64,000 nt of DNA from Octopus vulgaris (taxonomy: Eukaryota), in NCBI GenBank assembly GCA_951406725.2, contig OX597819.1:47182001-47246000 (forward strand), given 5' to 3'. The number at the start of each line of letters is the position of its first letter. Positions within the stretch are counted from its first letter, which is position 1. The position numbers and the translations under genes were made by a program. This document shows, piece by piece, positions 11,245 to 26,518 of the stretch. The notes under the pieces were generated by a model. It did not search any database. It had not been told where the DNA came from and worked only from the letters and a program-made list of their open reading frames with translations.

Positions 11245-13750
11245 TTACTTTTAATCTGCATGTATGTTACAATCACTTGCCGCGACACACCCAGTGTCCT
11301 AGGGCGCGTGAAGGATAAGAGATGTTACAGTATGACTGAAAGCTTCGAGAGGAGCAGTGGCAGGGGCAGTATCTTCCTGTAATAAAACACAGACATTTGA
11401 ATGGATAGGGTTTTTCTAAGGATGTGGGTAGTATTTGTCAGCACAATCTTTTGCATTTCTCTGAGACATGGTTCTCCTGGGATTTTATCTAGATGCTTCA
11501 GACATCCCTTTTTTTATCATACCTGGGGGGCACCAGCAGTAATAGGAGCAGTTCTCACTTTAAGATGCCACATCTTTTGTACTTCAATTTCCACGTCCTT
11601 ATATTTACTTAATTTGTCAAATTCCTTTACAGATATATTTTTATCAGTGGGAACAATTACATCTATTAGTCTACAAGTATTTTCTTCCCCTACTTTAATA
11701 ATAATGTCTGGTTGATTAGCCTGGATCGTTCTGTCAGCGTTGACTAGAAAATCACAGAGGATAGTGACATTTTTACCTTCAACGACTGGCTCAGGAAGAT
11801 ATTCATACCATTAAGCAGGAGTGCTTATTTTGTAGTGTTTACATATTTTCCAATATAAATACTGTCCTACCCAATCGTGGCGAATTTTGCATTCGTTTTG
11901 TGTCAACACAGGACGTCCCGAAACGAGATGGTAAATTGTTTTGTCAAATGTGTCGCAGAATCTGCATTTAGGATCAGAACCGTTTTAAAGAACGTTAGCC
12001 TGGTAGTTTTTTGTAAGTAAGCATTGATCTTCTGCCGCCAATATGAAACCTTCAGTATCTACTTTCAGTCTTGAACTTCTCATTCACTGATGGGTTGTTG
12101 CTTGATCCACATCAGCATTTCGGCTTCGAAGTATACACTGTCCATGCAGAGGCTCCTCGGTTTGTTTCTGCTCGTTCTTTTTTGCAGTTTGCTTGATGTT
12201 TTGCTTGTTTTTGTGACATGGTTTCAGGTTCTTCATCAAATTTAGGGTTAATGCCATGTTCCCTTGCGAATTTGCAAGCTTCCTTGCGAGTAGAATGTGA
12301 TTTTTTGCTGCTTTCGTATTTGCATACAAGCCGCAGCATCCAGTCCTCTGTACTAGACAAGTACTTGATCATTGCTATTGTCGAGGTCTTATTGCACAGT
12401 TCTACCTGCATCATTCCTCTTCCTCCATTAATTCTAGGTAGGTACTGACGATCAAGTCTGCTTTTGGATGGTGCATGTTCTTGTCTTCCTGTCCAGGCGT
12501 TGGAGTTCTGTAAGATTCCAGTTAATAATGTTAAAACTATATTGTACTACTGAAAGTGCCAAAGTGTTAATGGCTTCGATGCGATTTTTGGAGTTGAGTT
12601 CAGTTTTTAGTATGAGTCTTATTCTCCAGCAATACTGTTTTCTTATTTTTTCATTCACAGTAGCATGTTGTATACCATCTCCTTCGTTTATCCCCAAGTA
12701 TTTGTAACTTTCTTGTGGGTCAAGCTCCTTGATGGTAGCGTCGGCATCTAATTTAATGGAAGCTGTTTGCCCGAGCTTGTCTCTAATAAAAGTTGTTTTA
12801 GCAGAATTATCAAGGCCAAAATCCATCCCGGTATCATTGCTGAACTCTTTAACAGTTGTTAGTAGCCCTACTAGCTCTTCGTCATTTCTAGCAAACAGCT
12901 TCAGATCGTCCATATAAAACAGATGATTTATTGTTGTATTATAAACTTTGAACCCATACCTGGTGTTATTTAGTTCGTTTAAGAGTGGGATCAGTGTCAT
13001 GCAAAAGAGTAATGGAGAGAGGGAGTCACCTTTTAAGATGCATCGTTTCATGGTAATGTAGTTAGATTGGCTCATCCTAATCTTGGCCATGCTACCTAGT
13101 AAGACTTGGCTATGCTACCTAGTAAGAATTTGGAGATGACAGGGGAGATCTTATATATCTCAAGGACCTTGAGTAGCCAATTATGTGGGACACCATCAAA
13201 ACACTTTCCTGTAGTCTATCCATGCCTTACTCAGCTTCTTCTTTTTGCTGCGGCAGTTCTCTACAATCATTTTACTTATGAATAATTGATCTTTGCACCT
13301 ATAAGAATTCCTTTAACAGCCTTTTTGAGCTTATGGAAGGATAGACTTCTGGTCAAGGAAAGCTTGTGTTCTTTCAGTTAGTATGGATGTGAGGATATTG
13401 TAGGTGGTGTTGAGACATGTTATTGGTTGGTAGTTCTTTGGATTTTCGGTGTCTTCAGTTTTTGGTAGAAGGTATGTTGTTCCTTCTGTCAGCCAGGCAA
13501 GTATTTGCTATGGGTTCCGAATGACATTAGAGATGCAGCGAAATTTTGGTGTATTTCTGTCAAACAATTCAGCCAGAAGTTAGGAATTCGGTCCAGTCCA
13601 TTTGTGAGACTTCCTAAGAACACATCTTAGCTCTTCTATTTCAATTGCCTCCCATTTCTGCTCTTCATCTTCGTCTCACTTTCTCATGCACTGTCCAGTC
13701 ATCTTCAGCATTGTATTCTTTTTTGTTGTTCTATAGCTTCTTCAGGAACT
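11245..13750 (-). mobile_element. 5'-truncated, inactivated R4/Dong-type non-LTR retrotransposon (RT, zinc knuckle, REL endonuclease)
   Basis: RT motifs KGDSLSPLLFC and HLFYMDDLKLFA, YKYLG, knuckle KCRFC..HLVSG, RHD, QPDII; multiple stops and frameshifts; (TAA)n at both ends. Confidence 0.92.
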
Positions 13751-13797
13751 CTATTATTATTATTATTATCATTATTATTATTATTATTATTATTATG

Positions 13798-14180
13798 TTT
13801 TTTCCTTCTTTCTTCAAATTTTCTTCCGTTTCTCGTCGAGTACTGTAATCTGGGAATGCATACAATAAGCTTCTTTGCCCTAGGTGTATGGAAAATACTA
13901 ATAATTTAACTTTACTTGAAAAGAAAATTTCTAACAATACACCGAATCGCTTGTCCAATGGTTATACAGGAAGCGCGCCCGTCAGGAGGCTGTCAGCCTG
14001 ATGGCGAAAAATGTTCAAATGGCAGAATATCTTCCCCGAATACGAACCTGGAAGGTCACATAAACGGGATTTGTCCCAAATTAAGCACCCAAAGTTCACC
14101 GCCACAACGACCAGAAAATCAAAAATGTAAAAGAACTAAATGGAACCGAGAAGAATATAAAGAAGTAATATATGCTTATT
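13798..14180 (+). mobile_element. 5' part of an R4/Dong-type LINE (5'UTR and Myb-like N-terminus), opposite in orientation to the adjacent body
   Basis: ORF segment KRTKWNREEYKEVIYAYY resembles the N-terminal motif of R4/Dong ORFs and runs into (TAT)n. Confidence 0.6.
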
Positions 14181-14187
14181 ATTATTA

Positions 14188-14269
<82 letters not shown>

Positions 14270-14276
14270 CATTATT

Positions 14277-14830
14277 GAGTCAGAGAGCAGTGCATGTCAT
14301 CAAAGCGACACTGGGGTAAAATATACGAAGCCCAGTATACCCATCATGACTACCCGTCGGATAAGGGTACACCAGGCACATACATCACAGTCATATGTGT
14401 GTGACATGGCGATCTCATATCAAGATAAACAGCGCATGACCTCGCAAGTGGGGCTCAGTTAGTATTTCTTCATGTTGAGTAGCCCATCCCGCTCAATAGG
14501 TCCCTGAATAAGGATTGGTTAAGGATGCTGAACGAACCACCCATGTTTCCAAAGGTGAATTATTCAAACCTCTAAGAATTCCTTTCAACACCCGGCTATG
14601 ATGCTCCCACACTACTTCTGCTTGTGGTCAGAGTTGCACATATCGTCAGCCACTAAGGGAGATGCTCAACTGGTTAAGGTCAAACAACTGACAAGCAAAT
14701 CTGTGGTATTGATCAGAATATTTGCTGTAGCCCATCTTTTATACTAAGACAAAACAATGTACATGATAACATTTCCAATCAGTTAAGATCAATAGCGATG
14801 TGAACCACTGCCTGGTACTGCTTCTGGGCA
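14277..14830 (-). mobile_element. 555-bp TAA-targeting element, full-length
   Basis: Colinear with 9933-10487; (ATT)n flank. Confidence 0.9.
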
Positions 14831-14948
14831 TTTATTAAGCACCAGTTGAGCACTGGGATCGATGTAGTTGACCAAAAATTTTCAGGCCTTGTGCCTATAG
14901 TAGAAAGGATAATTATTATTATTGTTGTTATTATTATTATAATTATTA

Positions 14949-15134
<186 letters not shown>

Positions 15135-15297
15135 TGTAGCTTTATTTTTATCACGTGCTTTCACTGCACTACCAATGGCAGCTCTGTGAGCTTTGAGTAT
15201 GTGCTGCGGTTTGCTGTGATGCTCATATTTTTACTGTATTGAAAGAGTTTTACGTAGGATGTGTACAGTACCTATTGTTGTTGCTAATGTTGTTGTT

Positions 15298-15347
<50 letters not shown>

Positions 15348-15543
15348 GCTGTTGCTGTTGTTGTTGTTGTTGTTGTTGTATTATATGGCAGCGAGCTGGC
15401 AGAATCGTTAGCACGTTTATTAGGTTCTCAGTTCAAATTCTGCCAAAGCTGACTTTGTCTTCCATCCCTTTCGGAATCGATAAAATAAGTACCAAATGAA
15501 TACTGGCGCAAGCCTTGTGTCAAAAATTGAACCCATTGTTGTT

Positions 15544-15574
<31 letters not shown>

Positions 15575-15671
15575 TTGTCGTCGTCGTCGTCATCATCATC
15601 ATGGCCTGCTAGGAAAAGAGAGGAGTGAGGGGGACAGAGACAAAAAGTGGAAGCAAAGAGAGTGTTTGTGT

Positions 15672-15734
<63 letters not shown>

Positions 15735-16009
15735 CAGAAGAGTGGGGGAGAGAAGTAGAAAAAATACAAGCTCCACTTTCTTACCTCACCTCGTGCCTTC
15801 TGGTTCCTCTCCTCATCATCAAAACACTCACCGATGATGCTACCGCCGCTGCCGCCGTCGCCGGGTGCAACGACTGCAGCCGCTACCAATAACTTCCACC
15901 CTCACTTTACCATGACATCCTTCTTGATTCCCGGATGGGAGCAGACGGAAAAGTCAAAATTTATCTCTTTCTTTGTTTATTTTCTAGGACAAGAACTCCA
16001 GGACCAAAG

Positions 16010-16099
<90 letters not shown>

Positions 16100-16104
16100 C
16101 AGAC

Positions 16105-16139
<35 letters not shown>

Positions 16140-16195
16140 AACAGATAGACAGATAGACAGACAGATAGATAGATAGATAGATAGATAGATATAAG

Positions 16196-16268
<73 letters not shown>

Positions 16269-16613
16269 ATATACATTACAATTGAGGGTAAAATTAATTA
16301 ATTATTAATCAATTTCACCAAGTGTTCAGTATGCAAAGGGACCATTTAAGGCGAATTCAAATTATTACATTATATAAAAGGGCTTAGTAAAATAAATTAC
16401 TTCGCCGCATACTGAACTCATTAGAAATAGCAGCTAAAAAACTTTTTTTAAAGCTATTGTATGTATATATAAAGCTGTATGTATATATATATAAGACTGA
16501 GTGTATGTACATATCTGTGTATGTACATATGAATGTATGCGCGCATATACATATACATACACACACTCACGCATATGTGTGTGTGTATGTATGTGGGGGG
16601 GTGTATATATATA

Positions 16614-16644
<31 letters not shown>

Positions 16645-17153
16645 AGATATAGATATATTATATAGTGGCTGCTCTCTCGTACACTAGCAAACCTATTGCA
16701 TATGTGTGTGCACGTGTGTGTGTATGTATGTATATATATGAATGTATGTATGCGTGTATGTATGTATATATATATATATTCATGCATGTATGTATGTATG
16801 TATGTATGCATGTATGTATGCATGTATGTATGCATGATGGGCGGGTTGAGAGTTTAAGGGTGTTGTGTGAAGTGACAATCGTAATGCTGTGATTGACAAG
16901 CAGATTTAACAGCGTGGCTTACTTTTAGGGAGGGTGGTGGAGTCGGGTGGCGTAAGGGCGGGGCGGCTGCTGTGGGAGGGATGTCAGGTTGGGGTGGAGC
17001 GGTTGTAGTTATGCTCTCTCGTTTTTAATTCCTCTTGATATCGTCACACACGCTTAGATACATTATATATATATATATGTATGTATATCTATCTATCTAT
17101 CTATATATATATACACACACATCTATATATATATATACACACACACATACATC

Positions 17154-17238
<85 letters not shown>

Positions 17239-17282
17239 ATATGAATATATAAATATACTTCAAGTGTCCATAGATGCATATG

Positions 17283-17335
<53 letters not shown>

Positions 17336-17358
17336 ATGTGTGTGTACACGTGTGTGTG

Positions 17359-17410
<52 letters not shown>

Positions 17411-17430
17411 GATATATATACCTATATATA

Positions 17431-17488
<58 letters not shown>

Positions 17489-17570
17489 TGTGCATCTTTA
17501 GGAATCACCCCTATATGCCGATGTTAGGAGAGTCTGGAGGAAAGGTAAAAAGAAATAAACACGTAAATGA

Positions 17571-17602
<32 letters not shown>

Positions 17603-17615
17603 TTCCGGGCTCCAC

Positions 17616-17629
17616 GTTTCCATGACAAC
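17616..17629. promoter_or_regulatory. RFX X-box-like motif
   Basis: gtttccatgacaac fits GTNNCCATRRNAAC; motif match only. Confidence 0.3.
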
Positions 17630-18113
17630 AGAGTTGAAAACTCGGGGTCATCAGCAAGGTTTTTGTAACTGTTACATGGATTCACCAGTGTTTGTTATTG
17701 TTCTTGATGATGATGATGATGATGATGGTAATGATGATGATGATGTTTTTGGCTATAAGATGTTGTTGTTGTTGTTATTATTGCTACCGTTATTTTTGTT
17801 TCTGCGGTGATTGTGTTGATGGTAGCAATGTTGGTGATGTTGAACGGAATAGCGGGGTGGGGTGGGGTTAAGGTTTAGGGGTTTAGTTGGTTGGGGTAAT
17901 ACGTTATTAATAGACTAAGAATAATCGCTGATTAAGATGGCGACGACGACGACGACGACGACGACGATGGTGATGATAATGATGATGATGATTACGATGC
18001 TGCAGATATTGCTGACCTTGTAGCTATTGTTGTTGTTTTTTTGGTGGTGGTTGTGGTGGTGGTGGTGTGCCACTGATAATGACGATGACGCCGACGATGG
18101 CGACGATAATGAT

Positions 18114-18144
<31 letters not shown>

Positions 18145-18203
18145 ATGATGATGACGACGACGCAGGCGACGGCGACGGCAGCAGCATGGTGATGGTGTGG
18201 TAG

Positions 18204-18237
<34 letters not shown>

Positions 18238-18262
18238 GACGATGAACAATGATGTTGAATGT

Positions 18263-18868
<606 letters not shown>

Positions 18869-19610
18869 AATCCTGCAGAATAACCTACCATTCGTCATCC
18901 GATTTGACAATGGTAGTGACGATGGAAAAAAAATAAGGTGACACAAAAGGACATCCATTTGCTAAATTTGGATGAAATTTTAGGAGGACAATGGATTTTG
19001 GAGAAGAGTTGGGTCAAGGGAAATTGCAAAAGAGCGGCAGCACGGTGGGTGAACGATTGAATAGAGTGAACGATGGATAGGAAGGAAGGAAGGAAGGAAG
19101 GAAGGAAGGAAGGAAGGAAGGAAGGAAGGAAGGAAGGAAAGGAAAGGAGGAAGGAAGGAAGGGAGAAAGGAAGGCATGAGGTTAGAAGGCAGTAATGTAG
19201 GATGAAATACATGTGTGTGTGTGTATTATATATAAGTGGAAATGTGTGTGTGTGTCTGTGTGTGTATCTGTATGCATGGGATGTATGTAGATAGATAGAT
19301 AGATAAGTTTCTTTATTGGCCACACAGGGCTGCACACAGATGGGACAAGTTACAAGGTAGAGCTTTTCTTTTGGGGATGAAAAAAACAAAAAACAAAAGA
19401 AAAAAAATGGGAGGGGCGTAGGTTTTCGATCAAGAGGGATCGTAAAAGGGAAGAAAAGAACAAAACAAAAAAAATCAAAAACAAAAGAAAAATAAATAAA
19501 TAAATAAAATAAAAAATAAAAAGAATAAAAAGAAAAAAAAGAAAAGGAAAAGGAACAAAAGAAAAGAGAAATGAAAAAGAAGAAAAAAGGGGAAGAGGAA
19601 AGAAAAGAAC

Positions 19611-19726
<116 letters not shown>

Positions 19727-20000
19727 CGATAGATCGTCTTTTGTTTTTCTGTAAATTTCAAAAGGTTGCAAGACGCAACGAAAATTTTAGAAAAATAAAG
19801 AAGGAAATAAATGGAAATTTTACCGGTGAGTGTGTAAAATTATAAGATACTGAAAGAGAATGGCTCTGCCCAGACACAAACAGAATATGCTTCAACACAC
19901 GAACTCACATAAAGAATCTTGCAAACCAAATCCAAAAACGAAATCAACTAGATACATACATATATACATACATACATAATATAAAGGTGTGTGTGTGTGT

Positions 20001-20065
<65 letters not shown>

Positions 20066-20369
20066 TTAATATTATCTGGATAATAAGGCGGTGAGCTGGC
20101 AGAATCATTAGTACGCTGGGGAAAATGCTTGGCAGCATTTCGTTCGTGTTTACGTTCTGAGTTCGAATTCCGCCGAGGTCGACCTTGCCTTTCATGCTCT
20201 CGGGGGGTCGATAAAATAAGTATCAGTTGAGCACAGGAGGTGATGCAATCGGCTTGGCCTATCCACCGACATTGCTGGTCTTGTGCCAAATTTTGAAAAC
20301 CAATATTATCTCTAGGTAATAACCTGTTCATTCCATCTTCACGTATATATATATGTGTGTGCATTTGCG

Positions 20370-20404
<35 letters not shown>

Positions 20405-20854
20405 AATGTAGAAATGCAGTTCTCAAATTATAAGCCTACTATGAAACGTTTATACGTCTCAGTCAGCAGAAAAAATATTCAGCTTGTCACGATGACTTTT
20501 TCTCCATTTTAGAGTTTAATCAGTAAACATGTACCTACTTACTCTGTCCACAGGGAGATTAATAGCTTATAGTTGTGGCTATTTATATCAAACACAAATT
20601 AAACCGGAGCCGACAAGGTTAGTTTTAAGATGCTAACTGTACTAACATTGGTAAATTGATTAATTTAATTAAATATCACAACACTGTATTTTAGGCAATC
20701 TGAAATTTATCAATGTTTCTGAGGGCAGAAAGAAGAGTGCACTTGTTCGCTGATAAATCTCCAAATAGATATGAAACTGATCAGGACTATTCTAATATTA
20801 GAAAATTACTATTTTTTTAATCTCACAACGTGAGATATTCAGCAACAGTACTTC

Positions 20855-21096
20855 GTAGTAAAGATTGTTTGCCAACATAACATGGCAGTCCTGGTTTAGG
20901 ATTAATGTTGCTGTAATATAGCCCCAGATATTGTTTTGAGCTGAGTGGGGATGCTAGATTCCTTTGTTCGAAAATGTAAGGATACAGATCGTGTCGTATA
21001 GCCAGCTGGAGACGATGTCTCCTGAGGCTAAATTACAACAACATTAGTCCTAAAACCAGGACTGCCATGCTATGTTGGCCAAACGATCTTTACTAC
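20855..21096. repeat. Inverted repeat with ~72-bp arms and ~95-bp spacer (old MITE-like foldback)
   Basis: gtagtaaagattgtttgccaacataacatggcagtcctggttt..gcccca versus tgaggcta..aaaccaggactgccatgctatgttggccaaacgatctttactac. Confidence 0.8.
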
Positions 21097-21217
21097 AATT
21101 CCAATAGTGTGTATCCCACAGACAGATATAAATTTTGCTTACATTTTGCAATTAATAATTTTAAAATTTTAGATATTTCAAAGTTAAATTTCAGATTTTC
21201 TGTATATGTATATATAC

Positions 21218-21313
<96 letters not shown>

Positions 21314-22075
21314 GCATGTATGCATATTGTATACGTCCTTTGATTTATTGATTTCTTTACGAGAATCTCCGTAAATTCAACGAGACTTTTTTGTTTTTAT
21401 TCAAAATTGAAACGAACACCATTCCACCATGTGATCGGCTTGAAAAATCGTTAAGATATTAAGATATTTTTCTTAACATGAAATCAATAGTAGCATTAAT
21501 ACACAAATAAATTCTATCCAGCAATGAGGTGTTGAGCACTCGTTTTCATCGTTCTACAAGGATTCTGGTACCAAGCTGCTTCTGCCCGATCCCAGCAGCT
21601 TTTTCCTTGGTGGCATACAGAGAAGAGACTTCCATTGCATAGGCAACTACCAATCTTCCTCATACACCGCCTTGCACATACTTGTGAAGATGAATGCTCA
21701 ACAACGACCGATCAAGCTCTCTTCGATATATGAGCCTCTCAACAGCGGTGAGTGAAACACATACGCGAATGTGTGTGTGTGTGTCAAATTTCATAGACGG
21801 ACACTTTGAGGAAGCCTGTCTGATAGACTGTGACTATGTCTAAAGTCCAATGGTCCAGCCCTGTCACATATTGTGTCAATCTGACTCGACCAGAGAATTA
21901 CGTTAGGTGTAGCTTTTGCTTCTAGAATACTCGGTCACATACACGTTAATGTAATGAGTTGGCAGTTCAGTTGGTTGGTCAAACAACTGAATGCTCGGCG
22001 TCGAAATCGATGGACGTTCCGTCACCTTCTCTCATCCTGTCAACTTCTTGAGTATATATGTGTATGAGTATACAC

Positions 22076-22106
<31 letters not shown>

Positions 22107-22152
22107 TGTATGTATGTATGTATGTATGTATGTATATCTCTCTCTATATATA

Positions 22153-22650
22153 TCTATTATATAAAATCCGTTCTGTCTGACTCAGTGTTTCTTCTAGGAT
22201 CTCGGGCATCCTCCATCCGAATGCGCTCAAATTTGATTTGTAGATACCGACGGTATCAGGGCGTGTATAAGTTTTGAAAATATTACAAAAATCGATTCCA
22301 GGTGAGAATGCGATCAATAAAGCCGTGAGAGCATGCATTTGTACGCGCAAGTACATCAGCTGTTGCGATCGATACTACGCGTACGCGAGAAAAATGCACG
22401 TGCAGTTTGCGCAAAAAAAGCCGGCTGGCTTGCACGGGTCAAGGAGCAGGGGATGTTGTTTTTATTTCCCGCATGCCATTGATTCCGTCGGATTGTGCTT
22501 ACCCGATGAAACGCGTTCAATTCCCTATTCGTCTGAGTTTCGCGATGTCCATGAACAAAGCACAGGGGTAGTCATTGAAAGTCGTGGGGTTGGACCTCAG
22601 CACTCCCTCCTTTTCGCACGGACAACAGTATGTGAACATCCCGTAAAGTA
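22153..22650 (+). mobile_element. Helitron-derived non-autonomous element, 5' part (right end uncertain)
   Basis: Starts a|TCtattatataaaat..tctgtctg, like the 31543 element; no 3' hairpin located. Confidence 0.4.
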
Positions 22651-23678
22651 AGTTAGCTTAAAATTAGTTACTTAGTTCCCTAGGTTGTTGCTTTTCATCA
22701 AAAATCGCCCCAAGTTGATTTCCTACATGTTTTATCGGATAAACTTATTATTGTCCCAGGTACGTTCTCATAAATTCATCATGCATTTCCATATAGATTT
22801 ACCTCAAGCTAACCCATTTGCATGCATCGTTTTTGTCCTGCTTTTCTTCCGTCAACCGGTACATAACTGCACCTGCCGTTTTTTGTTGTTTTTGTACTGC
22901 TTAAAAGCACGTTTCTTTCCTGCCAAGTTTACTATCTAAACTATGTTTGTGTTCTCCCAGTCAACAGCCTTATCATTACTGGTACTTTAAACTCTTCGGT
23001 TGCATATTTGTGTGAATATAATCGTTTTTCTTTGGAATAGAAAAAAAGTCTATCTTTATTTCTTCTTTTGCTGATGTCTCAAATTTTGGTTAAATCAGTG
23101 TTTCTCAAAGGAGAGGCCTATGGGACGTTCGGACAAGTTGTTTTGAGAAAATTTGGTTTAAATTTTTGACAACTCAGCACCGTCCATTGGACGGGGGTCG
23201 TTTTGCTCGTGTGTGTAGAGAAATCCTATAAATGTAAGCACTGGCAGAAACATACTTTTTACTCTTACAAATGATTACGATAGGCATCGTGCCTTGAACA
23301 ATTAGCTTAACATACACTCCAATTCAATAGTGAAATTCTTTCCTAGCCTTTGAACATTCTTAATCAACATACCCTTCCCTTTCCACTGGTTCCCTACCTA
23401 TCATTCCTTTAACCCTTCTCTTCCTACTATCTAACTTTGACGTCAAATCTTCTAACGGTTTTTTTTTAAATCACTTATTGTCGTTTTGTTTACCATGTAG
23501 GCAGTCATCGACATTTTTGTTTGTCTTGTTGCCGAGATAGGCTCCCTTTCTTTCCTGATGAGAAGATTGCATCATACACCCTTTATTCCTTTGGAATGAA
23601 ACCATGTGGTCTTCGAAAGATATGACGAGAGTAAAGGAATTTTGTTAACATCTTCGTTCGACTCCATTCTTTCATTTA

Positions 23679-23733
<55 letters not shown>

Positions 23734-23786
23734 TTATATATATATATAAGGCTGTAAATAGTTTTCAGAACATTTATAAAGAAAGG

Positions 23787-23834
23787 GTCTTATAGGTGTT
23801 TCAGAGATATTTTATATAACTCTTCTTCAGAGAC
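23787..23834 (-). ncRNA. Degenerate type I hammerhead motif in a Penelope-like remnant
   Basis: gtct-CTGAAGA-agag..ctct-GAAAC-acct-ATA-agac; its flank (23880-23980) is homologous to the flank of the 57944 motif. Confidence 0.5.
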
Positions 23835-24297
23835 GGGGCGAGAAAGTGTTTGAATATTAATTATTGCATAGATATTAAATATAGAGGGAAATAAGAGAAT
23901 GAAAATAGAAGTAACGATATTGTCTTTGCAGTTCCATTATTCAAGTAGAATGGAGAAGTTTGTGGAGAAGTTTCCTGTACTTTGTGTAATATATATATAT
24001 ATATACATATATATGTGTGTGTGTATGTGTGTGTACATATGTATATACATTATATATATGCATGCATGTATGTATGTATGTATATATGTATGTATGTATA
24101 TACATACATAAACACATATACACACAAGCATTTTTGGTATTATATACGCACGTACATATACATACACGCACATAGACAGCCATGCATACATATAGATACT
24201 AACATGTGTGCATGTATGCATATACGTGTGTGTGTGTGTATCTATGTATATGTATGGGTGTGCGCGCGTCAAAAGACAAAGAGAGAGGGGATAGATA

Positions 24298-24348
<51 letters not shown>

Positions 24349-24476
24349 CATATATTATATATATATATATATATATACAACAAAATTAGAGAATGGAGAA
24401 ACATATTTAAATCAATAAAACATCAACTATCCGATGATACTCAGGTTGAATTTTCAACCCTATCTCATTTTATAAC

Positions 24477-24621
<145 letters not shown>

Positions 24622-24935
24622 CACACATTAGTACCCGTATACACATGTATATGCCCATCAATTTATCTATCAACCTATCTATCTTCAACTATCTATGAGG
24701 CTGTCAATATGTCTTTTTAATTGACAGCCACTCTAATTTAAGAATTAGAAAATGAATCTAGAATTATGGCGATAAACCTAGCATTATAATTAACATTGAA
24801 AAATAAGAATTAATGATTAAGAATTTTAATAATTTAAGAATTAGGAAATTAGGAAACTAAAAATTTCAAAAATTTACGATACAATAATAATTATGAATAT
24901 TATTTTTATTTTTATTATTACTATTATCATCATCA

Positions 24936-25003
<68 letters not shown>

Positions 25004-25327
25004 TTTAACAAAGGGTTTTGGGAAAATATCATGAAGATTACATGGCGGTGGGAATGTTGTATTATGCGGTGGGGTGAAAGAACTGGAAAAGTAATGATGT
25101 TAAAGGTAAATATAGAAACGAGAATTAAAATAAAAAATTTGAATAAAAATTGAAAATAAAATTAATACATGCAATGAAAATAGAAATAGAAAATAATGCA
25201 ATAATCAACAAATAATGAGAAATTAGGAAAAATATGGAAAAGAGAACGTTTTATGCGTATATTTATAAATATAGATATATACATACACAGACATATACAT
25301 ACATACATACATACATACATACATACA

Positions 25328-25359
<32 letters not shown>

Positions 25360-25795
25360 AATATATACAGATGCAGCACGGACTTTGTCAGTGAACAGGT
25401 CGCGGATTTTAGCGACGAAAATATTTTGACAAATTAAACTTAAATGTTGAAGTGAATCGAACGGCTTTTGTGTGTTTCTTAAATGGCTTATAAACACCTT
25501 CCACGTTGCAATTGTTTTCGTTTCAGCACACGATCTCAGATCAAATTACTTGCTATGCGAGTACATCTCCGTAATATACATATATACTTTGATAGGTTTC
25601 GGCCAGTAATGGCCCATGTCTGACTTAATAGCACCACCTGGCTATATATATATAAGTTTCTTTATTGGCCACACAGGGCTGCACACAGATGGGACAAGTT
25701 AGACAGATTGATAGATAGATAGATTGATAGATAGATAGATAGATAGATACATACATACATACATACATACATACATACATACATACATACATACA

Positions 25796-25827
<32 letters not shown>

Positions 25828-25844
25828 GATATATAGATATTTTT

Positions 25845-26189
25845 TTATTTGTTTCAGTCATTTGACTGCGGCCATGCTGGAGTACCACCATTAGTCGAAC
25901 ACATTGACTTATTCTTTGCCAAACCGCTATGTTACGGCGACGTAGGCACACCAACATCGGTTGTCAAGCGATGGTGTGGCGACAAACACAGACACAAACA
26001 TATACATATGTCTGTATATATATATGACGGGCTTCTTTCAGTTTCCATCTACCAAATCCACTCACAAGGCTTTGGTCGGCCCGAGGCTATAGTAAAAGAC
26101 GCTTGCCCAAGGTGTCACGCAGTGGGACTGAACCCGGAACCATGAGGTTGGTAAGCAAGCTTCCTACCACACAACCACTCCTGCGCCTA
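25845..26189 (-). mobile_element. tRNA-derived SINE family B
   Basis: Head aggcgcaggagtggttgtgtggtag..ccgggttcagtccc; tail ..ccagcatggccgcagtcaaatgactgaaac. Other copies at 29765-30360, 30830-31271, 34530-34975 and 57360-57765. Confidence 0.85.
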
Positions 26190-26224
26190 ATATATGTATA
26201 TATGTATATATATATACATATATG

Positions 26225-26283
<59 letters not shown>

Positions 26284-26518
26284 CATATAGGTATATATAT
26301 ATACATATATATACATACATACATACATACATGCATACATACATACATACATACATACATGTATATATATATACATATAGATAGATAGATTTGTGTATAT
26401 GTGAGTGCGTTTGTGTCTATGTGCACGTGCATGTGTTTGCGTATGTAAGGAAAACTACTTATTGTGATCACTCTGAGATGCAGCCCTTTAGATAACAATA
26501 ACTGCCTGATAACATTAA

